43,380 nucleotides of DNA from a virus, in IMG/VR virus record IMGVR_UViG_3300002461_000266, positions 1 through 43,380 of that record; one strand, written 5' to 3'. How positions within the stretch are numbered: the first letter of the stretch is position 1; every line of letters starts with the position of its first letter. Under the pieces are notes generated by a model that searched no databases, was not told where the DNA came from, and saw nothing but the letters and a program-made list of their open reading frames with translations. Both the position numbers and the translations under genes were made by a program. Shown one piece after another: positions 8,041 through 14,824 of the stretch.

Positions 8041-8103
8041 GTCACAAAAACCACCCTGTTTTTGTGACATGAACTGAAACAAAAGGCGCCCTGTTTTTGT
8101 TTC
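8041..8103. repeat. Two tandem, related AT-stem hairpins sharing the 12-nt core CCCTGTTTTTGT
   Basis: Hairpin 1 (8041..8068): gtcacaaaaa-ccaccctg-tttttgtgac, a 10-bp stem. Hairpin 2 (8076..8103): gaaacaaaa-ggcgccctgt-ttttgtttc, a 9-bp stem. Both lie in the 98-nt gap between the terL stop (8108) and the next start (8009). Confidence 0.85.
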
Positions 8104-8107
8104 AAAA

Positions 8108-9679
8108 TCAATCCACCCCCATCCAGTCGGACGTGCCCTCGACCTTCCGGGCCTGCGAGTGGCGCACGTCGTCACGCCGCGGCGGGTTGACCTCGAAGGT
8201 GCAGGCCAGCGCGTCCGCATCGTCCGGAGACGCCACGCCCCGTCGCTTCATCGCGTCCTTTGTCTCCAGGATTTTCTTGCTCTCCTCCCGCCCGCTCCAT
8301 GTCCAGCCCCGGTCGGTCAACTGCTGAGACAGGGAACCCTTCTCGCCCCCGTCGTTCTCGATCATCCCGCCCGGCAGCCAGTCCCGCACCATCGACCAGA
8401 GTTCGATCGCGTGGGTCGCGTACTCGGTGCCCGGCCGGTGCGCGGAATCCCCGAACTTGACGACGTGCAACCGCCCGTGGGTTTTCTTGCGCTTGACGAT
8501 GTCAATGACGCCGGTGCCCATGCCAAAGTCGATGCAGATCGCGTCGGGCCGATACTTCTGGTCGAGGTCAAGCACCTTCTGCGCGATTTGCACGTTGTCC
8601 AGCCCCAGCCAGTGTCCGTGCGTCGCCGTGCCGCAGCAGTCCCGTGCGTTGCGCCCCTGCCGGAATCGCCATGAGGTCTTGCCCCGCGGTGCCGGGTCGA
8701 TGCCGAGGATCAGCGGCTCGCCGTAGTCCCGCACCAGATCGTTCTGCTGCGCCGCACGAACCGCGTCCCACGGAATAAACTGATCTTCGCTTGTCCGCGG
8801 CGCCAGCCCCATGATCTCGACCCGCACGAAGTCCGAGTCCTCGCCATACCGCTTGATCTGGTCCTCGACGATGGTCTGGTCCACACCCTCCATACCGCGG
8901 GTCGACAGGGTGCGCAGATCCCAGCCGTGGCCCATCTTCGGGTCGTTGAACAACTCGAAGAAGCGACCCTGGCGGGAACGCATTTGCGACGCGGCCATCC
9001 AGAACCGATAGGGGTTTTGCTCGGTGAAGAAGCCCTCGGACACGTCCCAGATTTCACCGGGGATGCCGGCGGCCTCGTCCATCTGCAGCAGGAGGCCGTA
9101 GGGGTTGTGGACACCCGCGAAGGCGTTGGGGTTGTCGGCGGACCAGGTCTGCCCTTGGCAGAACCAGTACTTCGGGTCGATGCCAAGGCCGCCCTCCTCG
9201 GGGAGCTTGCGCACCAGGTCCAGCAGCCAGCCCTCCGGCACAATCCGCATCGTCTCGAGCGCGAACCAGTGGCTGTTGATGGCCGCACCGAACCAAACGG
9301 CAAATTCTGGAAACGTGCGGGAGCGCAGCTGCCCTTCGGTGTTCGCGGTGACGATGGTGGTCGACCCGATGTGGGTGCTCATGTGCCAATGGGCGGCCAT
9401 GCCGAACTTGGCGGACTTACCCGGACCGCGCCCTGAACTCCGGGCCTCGCGCCACATTTTTAACGGCATGCCGTTTTCGTGGCGGAAAACCTGTTCCTGG
9501 ACGTGGTCGGTGAGCCGCAGGAAATCGTCCAGCTGCCAGCGCCTCGGGGCCTTGTAGTTCTCGAAGGCGGTGCCCGGCCGTTGCCAGGGGTAGGCGTAGT
9601 GGACGAACTGGTAGGGGTCATCGCGCAACGCCAGTATCTGCGCCATGATCTCCGCTTCGTGCTGGGGTGAACCTCTCAT
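8108..9679 (-). CDS. terL: Terminase large subunit (523 aa; alternative start at 9646)
   Basis: Walker A-like SGRGPGKSA and Walker B-like LLLQMDEAAG, with a C-terminal nuclease-type region. The ATG at 9679 overlaps the endonuclease VII stop (ATGA). The ATG at 9646 has GGAGA 4 nt upstream. Confidence 0.92.
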   Translation of the reverse strand: MRGSPQHEAEIMAQILALRDDPYQFVHYAYPWQRPGTAFENYKAPRRWQLDDFLRLTDHVQEQVFRHENGMPLKMWREARSSGRGPGKSAKFGMAAHWHMSTHIGSTTIVTANTEGQLRSRTFPEFAVWFGAAINSHWFALETMRIVPEGWLLDLVRKLPEEGGLGIDPKYWFCQGQTWSADNPNAFAGVHNPYGLLLQMDEAAGIPGEIWDVSEGFFTEQNPYRFWMAASQMRSRQGRFFELFNDPKMGHGWDLRTLSTRGMEGVDQTIVEDQIKRYGEDSDFVRVEIMGLAPRTSEDQFIPWDAVRAAQQNDLVRDYGEPLILGIDPAPRGKTSWRFRQGRNARDCCGTATHGHWLGLDNVQIAQKVLDLDQKYRPDAICIDFGMGTGVIDIVKRKKTHGRLHVVKFGDSAHRPGTEYATHAIELWSMVRDWLPGGMIENDGGEKGSLSQQLTDRGWTWSGREESKKILETKDAMKRRGVASPDDADALACTFEVNPPRRDDVRHSQARKVEGTSDWMGVD

Positions 9680-10011
9680 TGCGACTCTCGGTGCCGGCGC
9701 AGATAGCCTACCGCAAGCAGCAGCGCGGCTTCGCTATCTCGAAAAAAGCCCAAGCCCAAATTACAAGCACGGCACAGCACGCCTCGAACGCGGCCTGTGC
9801 GGTGGTCGTGATCCCCGTGCCAGCCTTTTTCGCCCGGGCTGTCCGCGCCACACACCGCGCAGCGCCCGCCTTGCTCGGCCAGCAGGCGATCCCTTTCCGC
9901 ACGCGACAGGCCCGAGTGCCGGCTCACTCGCTTGGCTTTGGCGCGCAATCGTTGCGCGCGCACTTTGTCTGGATTTTCTTCGCGCCAGCGGCGCTGCGCT
10001 TCCCCACTCAT
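9676..10011 (-). CDS. Recombination endonuclease VII-family nuclease (111 aa)
   Basis: Signature CAVCG...(x12)...HGDHDHRTGRVRGVLCRACNLGLG matches the Endonuclease_7 pattern (C-x2-C ... DHDH-x-TG-x-RG-x-LC-x2-CN). Confidence 0.85.
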   Translation of the reverse strand: MSGEAQRRWREENPDKVRAQRLRAKAKRVSRHSGLSRAERDRLLAEQGGRCAVCGADSPGEKGWHGDHDHRTGRVRGVLCRACNLGLGFFRDSEAALLLAVGYLRRHRESQ

Positions 10012-10023
10012 GTAACCAGTCTA

Positions 10024-10106
10024 CCATCCGCGCACCGCCAGCCTTACGGCTTGGCGGATGCGGACGGATGGCGGCAAAACCGGATGAAAGCGGATGCGGA
10101 CGGATG
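10024..10106. repeat. CGGATG array (5 copies), a duplicated 17-mer and a long imperfect hairpin in the HNH/EndoVII spacer
   Basis: GCGGATGCGGACGGATG occurs at 10054..10070 and 10090..10106. CGGATG occurs at 10055, 10065, 10081, 10091 and 10101. The left arm ccatccgcgcaccgccagcc (10024..10043) pairs with ggcttggcggatgcggacggatgg (10048..10071), about 20 bp with 3 bulges and a ttac loop. Confidence 0.85.
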
Positions 10107-10107
10107 C

Positions 10108-10581
10108 CTAGGTCAAGCCGCGCGCCCTTATGCTGTCCGCAGCCGCGAGAATCCACTGCCGGACTTCGTTCGTGGAAAAAGCGTTCTTGGCGACGTTTGC
10201 CATGTGGCTTGTCCATTGCAGGTTTGTGATGTCGTGATCCCCGCCCAGCGACACCGGCAGTTTGTGGTCTAGGTGCGGCGTCCCCTCTACCGGCAGCCCG
10301 GTAATAGCACAACACCCCTCCTGCTTTTTCCAGAGAGTAAGGAGTTGCTCCAGCGAGGGCCGCGGGCCAGCACTGCGCTTGCGCAAAGATTTCCGCGCCT
10401 GCCACACCCAGTAAAGATCCTTGTCGAGCCACGCCGGCGGTTTCGCCGTCTTGCGATGTTTTCGCTCGTAGTCCTTGCGGCAGTAGTAGCACTTTCCTTC
10501 CAACGTGCGTTTGTAGGGATGCCCGTGCTTGCAAGGCTCACCGACAGGGTGGGTGTTTCCGTGGACTTTTTGCGGGGTCAT
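10108..10581 (-). CDS. HNH endonuclease (157 aa)
   Basis: C-terminal HNH motif: CCAITG...HLDHKLPVSLGGDHDITNLQWTSHMANVAKN. The N-terminus is Cys/His-rich (CKHGHPY...CYYC). Confidence 0.9.
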   Translation of the reverse strand: MTPQKVHGNTHPVGEPCKHGHPYKRTLEGKCYYCRKDYERKHRKTAKPPAWLDKDLYWVWQARKSLRKRSAGPRPSLEQLLTLWKKQEGCCAITGLPVEGTPHLDHKLPVSLGGDHDITNLQWTSHMANVAKNAFSTNEVRQWILAAADSIRARGLT

Positions 10582-10600
10582 GCCTTATTGTAGCGCCCCC

Positions 10601-10640
10601 TAAACTTTTTGCGTAATTATTTTTTTATAATTTTTAAAAC
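10601..10640. promoter_or_regulatory. Isolated AT-rich tract just upstream (minus sense) of the HNH gene; possible promoter/UP element or unwinding element
   Basis: taaactttttgcgtaattatttttttataatttttaaaac is striking in an otherwise GC-rich genome. On the minus strand, TTACGC-N18-TACAAT can be read, ending 6 nt before the HNH ATG. Confidence 0.4.
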
Positions 10641-10719
10641 ACGGTCGACGAGCACTACACCGAACAAACGCTCGCGGACGAAAACCCGACCCGTGCCGGG
10701 TGTGCGCCCCCGCCTCTGA

Positions 10720-10771
10720 AAAATCAAGGGATCGGCCGCGCACCAGGCTCTGCGCCCAGCAAAATCAAGGG
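10720..10771. repeat. 11-bp direct repeat AAAATCAAGGG x2, 41-bp period
   Basis: Copies at 10720..10730 and 10761..10771 in the 320-nt gap between terS and HNH. A second pair, TGTGCGTGC, lies at 10844..10852 and 10872..10880. Confidence 0.85.
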
Positions 10772-10901
10772 GTTAGCGATTTGACATAATACACGTTATG
10801 CGCGTTGCACCGCAGCAACATGAATAGAATCAATGAGTTAGGCTGTGCGTGCGGCTTGGGTGCGGGCTGAATGTGCGTGCTGCAGTGCGATTGCGCGCCA
10901 G

Positions 10902-11420
10902 TCAGTAGAGGTCAGCGGCTTTGAGGATTTCAGCAGTCAAGGCTTGCTGCGTGTGTGCGCGGATGTTGTCGTCGCCGGTATTACTAAAGGATCCCTCAAT
11001 GACTCTGCCCTGCTTTGCGGCCGCCAAACGCGCGTTAGCGTCCTGGATGATTTTGGTGAGGTCCACAGACTTCACGTTAATATCTGCCCTTGTGCGCTGG
11101 CCAAAGCGTTCGGGGTCGCGTTTCTCGGCAATCCATTGATAAGCCGCAATCTGCACACGCGCGGCCTTAGCGTCTTTGCCGGCATTCTCGGCAGCGTCTA
11201 AGGCTTTATCAAAAAAAGCCTCGGCACTTTCCTTTAACGCGTCATACCATTGCGCGCGGCGTTCGGGATCAAAGCTCCAGTATTGCCAGAGCTGGCCGCG
11301 GTTGATGCTGTAATGCTCGCAGGTGCGGTCCACACGCGCACCGTTGCGCACGCGCTCCAGAATGTCGGGCCAAGCCTCTGCGATGCGCTGGCGCGTTTCT
11401 GCGCCCATTGGAGTGCTCAT
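10902..11420 (-). CDS. terS: Terminase small subunit (172 aa)
   Basis: First gene of the late arm. It has an N-terminal HTH-like region and the motif AAYQWIAEKRDPERFGQRTRADIN, typical of small terminases (W-x-x-E-K-R-x-P-E-R/K-F/Y-G). Confidence 0.75.
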   Translation of the reverse strand: MSTPMGAETRQRIAEAWPDILERVRNGARVDRTCEHYSINRGQLWQYWSFDPERRAQWYDALKESAEAFFDKALDAAENAGKDAKAARVQIAAYQWIAEKRDPERFGQRTRADINVKSVDLTKIIQDANARLAAAKQGRVIEGSFSNTGDDNIRAHTQQALTAEILKAADLY

Positions 11421-11512
11421 GAGTCCAGATTACCACGACAGCGCGCGGCGCCCGGAACGACGCGCCACAATCAAACAGCGGCCAAGCCTCCGTTCGCTGG
11501 GTTTCCGCGGCT

Positions 11513-11558
11513 GTCCGGTTTGGGGAAGGACATTAGTCCTTTCCCCACCAATCCGGAC
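11513..11558. promoter_or_regulatory. Nested palindrome in the divergent early/late control region
   Basis: The inner element GGGGAAGGAC-atta-GTCCTTTCCCC (11522..11546; 10 bp, one bulge) is flanked by GTCCGG (11513..11518) and CCGGAC (11553..11558). There is no U-tract on either strand, so it is not terminator-like. Confidence 0.7.
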
Positions 11559-11561
11559 ACC

Positions 11562-11591
11562 TGACAGCCGCAGAATAAACCGTGCTATACT
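11562..11591 (+). promoter_or_regulatory. Candidate sigma70-type early promoter (extended -10)
   Basis: TGACAG (11562..11567) - N18 - TATACT (11586..11591), with TGC immediately upstream of the -10. It lies about 50 nt before the first + strand gene. Confidence 0.4.
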
Positions 11592-11642
11592 GTCTATTAG
11601 TAGTTTGAATCATCTATATAGACACTTGGATAAAGGATCGAC

Positions 11643-12011
11643 ATGCCCAACAAAATCGCTGTACCTGATCCGGATGCAAAGCTTGGCGAATACGTGCCAG
11701 GACTGGCGTTATATTTGCTGGATGCACGCGAAGAATATCCTCTGTACAGAGACGTAAAACTGATTGCAGCCACGCCTTGTCTGCTGGGGCGGCGCACTGC
11801 GCGACTGTCGTGGATTGTCCACGAACAGCGGTTCAAAAGAGGTGGCGCGGCTTGGGCACTCTCGCAGGATAACCCGGCCCTTATGGCGTGGTGCGCGGAG
11901 CAATGCGCCGAGTTTTTGACGCTGGAATACCTGCAGGAAATGTACGACTATACGGAACAAGATATAGCACGTTTGGTTGAAACAGAGACGGCCAAATACC
12001 GCAAGAAATAA
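11643..12011 (+). CDS. Hypothetical early protein (122 aa); first gene of the rightward arm
   Basis: ATG at 11643 after AAGGA; followed by a hairpin terminator. Confidence 0.8.
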   Translation: MPNKIAVPDPDAKLGEYVPGLALYLLDAREEYPLYRDVKLIAATPCLLGRRTARLSWIVHEQRFKRGGAAWALSQDNPALMAWCAEQCAEFLTLEYLQEMYDYTEQDIARLVETETAKYRKK

Positions 12012-12032
12012 TAAATCCTAAGTCATTGATTA

Positions 12033-12060
12033 AAGGGCGTTTCGGCGCCCTTAATTATTT
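12033..12060 (+). terminator. Candidate rho-independent terminator
   Basis: AAGGGCG-tttcgg-CGCCCTT followed by aattattt (an interrupted T-tract), 22 nt after the stop at 12011. Confidence 0.55.
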
Positions 12061-12086
12061 AAGCCGTAAATAATTAAACAAATCGC

Positions 12087-12116
12087 TTGACATCATCCAA
12101 ACTGTTATAGCATTAT
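12087..12116 (+). promoter_or_regulatory. Candidate sigma70-type promoter
   Basis: TTGACA (12087..12092) - N18 - CATTAT (12111..12116). Confidence 0.45.
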
Positions 12117-12161
12117 CCGAATCAGCAGCACTTGTACAACCCACTGAATGGAGACTTGAGA

Positions 12162-12362
12162 ATGAACGCTACCCACTGCAAATCCGGTAAATGCTATCAA
12201 GTAACGGCGCTGCGCAAACCTGAATATCTTGCCGTTGGCGAGGTTTACCGCGCCACTGGCGGCGGCGACGCGTTAGGCATGCACCGCGTCGCTGACGGCG
12301 CTGGCACGTACCTGCGCCGTTGGGATCAAACCTTTGTTGATGTTGTTGAGGTGCAATCGTGA
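12162..12362 (+). CDS. Hypothetical early protein (66 aa)
   Basis: The track ORF starts at TTG 12132. The ATG at 12162 has GGAGA 7 nt upstream. Confidence 0.65.
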   Translation: MNATHCKSGKCYQVTALRKPEYLAVGEVYRATGGGDALGMHRVADGAGTYLRRWDQTFVDVVEVQS

Positions 12363-12441
12363 CCCTTATCCTGATCGCCTGCACTATCACTGGTTGGTTT
12401 CTGGCCCAGCCTATAATTCACACGCTGCGGAGGATTTGAGC

Positions 12442-12792
12442 ATGTATTTCATCATTCGAGACTTACATAAGTTTGTCGAGGAAGATTCTTGGCAGGACGG
12501 CTGTCTGCCGGAAACCGGCCGCGCGTATTCGATTGGCGTCAGTTTCGAGGGCGCCACACCGGCCGAAGTAATCCGTAAGGCTTGCGAGTTTGTCGGCTGC
12601 GGTCCGGACGATATCGAGCGTGATGCGTGCGAGGAGACCGGCAGGGTTGATTTTTGCATCACTGAAAACGCCGACGGTCAACCCTTGACCGAATCCGAGT
12701 GCGAATCGTGGAAAGCCGGACAAAGCAAGGCGTATTGTGCGGTCTATTCCGGCTTCGTTGAATCCGTCGAGCGCGTAAGGCTTACCAAATGA
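12442..12792 (+). CDS. Hypothetical acidic, Cys-rich early protein (116 aa)
   Basis: ATG at 12442, 7 nt after GGAGGA (the track ORF begins at 12334). My hand count gives about 23 D/E versus 12 K/R, and 7 Cys. Confidence 0.75.
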   Translation: MYFIIRDLHKFVEEDSWQDGCLPETGRAYSIGVSFEGATPAEVIRKACEFVGCGPDDIERDACEETGRVDFCITENADGQPLTESECESWKAGQSKAYCAVYSGFVESVERVRLTK

Positions 12793-13004
12793 CGCCCCTA
12801 ACCAAACCCATCAAACGCAAGGCCGTCGGCAGGCACCGCGGCAGAGGCTTTGCCGTGATCCTCGAACCGGGCGACGTTATCGGCTTCAGGGTTGAGCGAA
12901 GCCGCACCGTGTTTTATACGACACTGGCGGCCTGCTTCGATATGGCAGTACGGCAACACGTGGCCGCCGAAAAGGCCGCGAAACGTAAACAGAAAGGAAA
13001 ATGA
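12789..13004 (+). CDS. Hypothetical basic protein (71 aa)
   Basis: ATGA overlap with the upstream stop; Lys/Arg-rich termini. Confidence 0.65.
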   Translation: MTPLTKPIKRKAVGRHRGRGFAVILEPGDVIGFRVERSRTVFYTTLAACFDMAVRQHVAAEKAAKRKQKGK

Positions 13005-13007
13005 GAC

Positions 13008-13463
13008 ATGACCAAGAAAGAGGCAATGCGCCGCACCATGCAGGACGACACTCTGCGCGCCCTGGGCTTCACTCAACAAGAGGCCGAGCAGCTGCGCCGC
13101 ATCAGCATGACGCTGCGACGCTGGCACGAGCTGGAATGCGGGGTCGATGGCGGCTGCGTCGAGCGGGACGAAAAAACCGGCAAAACCTACTGGCGCAGCG
13201 CGCACACCGGCAATCTCTGGCCGTATGCGGACCGCGAAACCGGCGCGCTGAAACGGTTGGCGGCGGTTGTTGAGCGGCGCAATTCGCACGGGGATGTTGT
13301 CGAGCGCAATAATGGCGGCTGCCCAATAGTGGCACGCGCGCCGCTTTCCACCTACATCCAAACGGATCCCCGCGGCGCCGCACTCTACATCATTCGCCCT
13401 GGTGACGTGCCGGAAGGAGCGGACGTTTCCGCGTATTACAACCGCGGCATTTGTGTTTATTGA
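13008..13463 (+). CDS. Hypothetical protein (151 aa)
   Basis: ATG after AGGAAA. It contains LRRWHELECG, a motif I have seen in other phage proteins of unknown function. Confidence 0.75.
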   Translation: MTKKEAMRRTMQDDTLRALGFTQQEAEQLRRISMTLRRWHELECGVDGGCVERDEKTGKTYWRSAHTGNLWPYADRETGALKRLAAVVERRNSHGDVVERNNGGCPIVARAPLSTYIQTDPRGAALYIIRPGDVPEGADVSAYYNRGICVY

Positions 13464-13539
13464 CCCTGCAGCCTCACGCCCCTGCGCACAGCGGGGGTGT
13501 CGGGATGCAATGTTGCATCATTTGAACATGGGAGTTTTG

Positions 13540-13728
13540 ATGATGGAAACCGTTAAAGTCTGGAGCATCACCAGCTACCGCACCAAACGCATAAAGCCGC
13601 ACGCTGGCCTCGTTACCTGCGGTACATGCGGCCGAACATGGGACGACACAATCAGCACGCAATGGACCCCGGCCCCCGCTGGTCGATGCCCTTTCGAGTA
13701 CCGCCGCGGGCACGGCCACGGCAAATGA
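13540..13728 (+). CDS. Hypothetical small Cys-containing protein (62 aa)
   Basis: Internal ATG of track ORF 13402..13728, 5 nt after GGAG. It contains CGTCG...C (zinc-ribbon-like). Confidence 0.55.
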   Translation: MMETVKVWSITSYRTKRIKPHAGLVTCGTCGRTWDDTISTQWTPAPAGRCPFEYRRGHGHGK

Positions 13729-13823
13729 CAGCCACGGACCGCATAGGCGAAGTCATCGCGGCCGCGTGCATCATGGCGCTGCCTTACATCCTGGCCTTTG
13801 TTGGCCTGGCATTGGGTTATTAA
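13725..13823 (+). CDS. Hypothetical single-TM micro-protein (32 aa)
   Basis: MTATDRIGEVIAAACIMALPYILAFVGLALGY; ATGA overlap with the upstream stop. Confidence 0.45.
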   Translation: MTATDRIGEVIAAACIMALPYILAFVGLALGY

Positions 13824-13842
13824 CTTTCGAGAGGATATGAAA

Positions 13843-14214
13843 ATGAACGCGTACATCTCTGAAACCATCGACACGAACGAACTTATTCACTATCACGCGG
13901 ACAAAACGCACCCGTTGTTCATTCAGCGAATCGAAGAATTGCAGGATGAAGCGGCCGAAAAAGAAAAACTTGACGAAACCATCGGCGGCATGTATTCCGC
14001 TTTGGAGGCTGCAGAAAAAGCCGCGGACGAGCTGGCCGCAATTCTGGATTATGCCGCCGACGGATCCGGATATCATCACGGCACAGATTACTTTGAATCC
14101 CTGCGCGCCAGCAAAAAGAAAGACCGCGAGGACTGCCTGGCGGAGTTTATCGAAGATCTGCGCGACAAACTGGGCGCCATTTACGCCCAGCTGCAGCAGG
14201 GTAAAGATCAGTGA
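13843..14214 (+). CDS. Hypothetical strongly acidic protein (123 aa; alternative ATG at 13837)
   Basis: GAGG lies 8 nt upstream of ATG 13843. My hand count gives about 28 D/E versus 13 K/R. The sequence is predicted helical (EELQDEAAEKEKLDE..., EAAEKAADELAAILDY...). Confidence 0.75.
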   Translation: MNAYISETIDTNELIHYHADKTHPLFIQRIEELQDEAAEKEKLDETIGGMYSALEAAEKAADELAAILDYAADGSGYHHGTDYFESLRASKKKDREDCLAEFIEDLRDKLGAIYAQLQQGKDQ

Positions 14215-14399
14215 CCGTCCTGGATCTTCTCCCGGCCACTGCCCCGGAGCTGGCCGCCGAGCTGGGTATAACGGTGCGCCTGGCCAATGCGCGATTGCAG
14301 TACTACGCGCAAAAAGGCCGGGCGCGCCGAACGGACCGCGAAGTGCCAAGCGGTAATCGCGGACGACGGCCGCACCTATGGGAGCGCGTGCCGCATTGA
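14211..14399 (+). CDS. Small winged-helix/HTH DNA-binding protein (62 aa)
   Basis: GTGA overlap with the acidic gene. TAPELAAELGITVRLANARLQYYAQKGRARR fits a helix-turn-helix plus wing pattern. Confidence 0.65.
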   Translation: MTVLDLLPATAPELAAELGITVRLANARLQYYAQKGRARRTDREVPSGNRGRRPHLWERVPH

Positions 14400-14698
14400 A
14401 AACCCTGCCCGAAACCTGGCCTTTCCCGCCGGCGGTAATCGCGCCCGAACGCAAGCCGACTCAGGGTAATGGGCCTGCGCAACCGAAGATCCACAAGAAA
14501 TGCCCGCCCGGTAATCGCGCGCCATCGCCCTCGAACTTCGAGGCGCCTTTCTGATCCTAGTAACAGCGTGAAAGTCAACCGGAGATAAAAATGGACACAT
14601 GGACTATGTAAAAATGCGGGTGCGGCGATAAAGCGTGCCGCTCGTACCGAATCAGCTCGCAAGACTCTGTTGGTTTTAAGGAGGAGGACGCACGCCTT

Positions 14699-14824
14699 GT
14701 GGTTGCGGCGCCGGATTTACTCAACGCCTTAGAGAGCACGCGCGGTTGGTGGTCAAGGAACGCCCCGTCGGATGTTTACGCGGTGTTTGATAAGGCTATC
14801 GCAAAGGCCAGAGAGGGGCGCTGA
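14699..14824 (+). CDS. Hypothetical micro-protein (41 aa, GTG start)
   Basis: (M)VAAPDLLNALESTRGWWSRNAPSDVYAVFDKAIAKAREGR. AAGGAGGAGGA lies about 10 nt upstream. The AAPDLL..AL motif is common in small phage proteins. The frame stays open upstream to a TAA at 14609. Confidence 0.45.
   Translation: MVAAPDLLNALESTRGWWSRNAPSDVYAVFDKAIAKAREGR

Noticed and set aside
10055-10106. The GGATG units as clustered FokI-type restriction sites (a decoy).
   Set aside because: There is no supporting context. The hairpin/iteron interpretation explains the extended 17-mer duplication better.
10781-10809. TTGACA at 10781 as a + strand promoter in the terS-HNH gap.
   Set aside because: No acceptable -10 hexamer lies at 16-18 bp spacing, and nothing coding lies downstream on the + strand.
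14487-14495. A DnaA box (AGATCCACA) as evidence for an origin.
   Set aside because: It matches TTATCCACA at only 7/9 positions and occurs as a single copy. It is too weak to stand alone and is mentioned only as context.
14378-14554. 58-codon ATG ORF (MGARAALKTLPETWPFPPAVIAPERKPTQGNGPAQPKIHKKCPPGNRAPSPSNFEAPF) covering two of the 11-mer copies.
   Set aside because: It has no SD, overlaps the wHTH gene end, and has a Pro-rich low-complexity product. It cannot be fully excluded without conservation or ribosome-profiling data.
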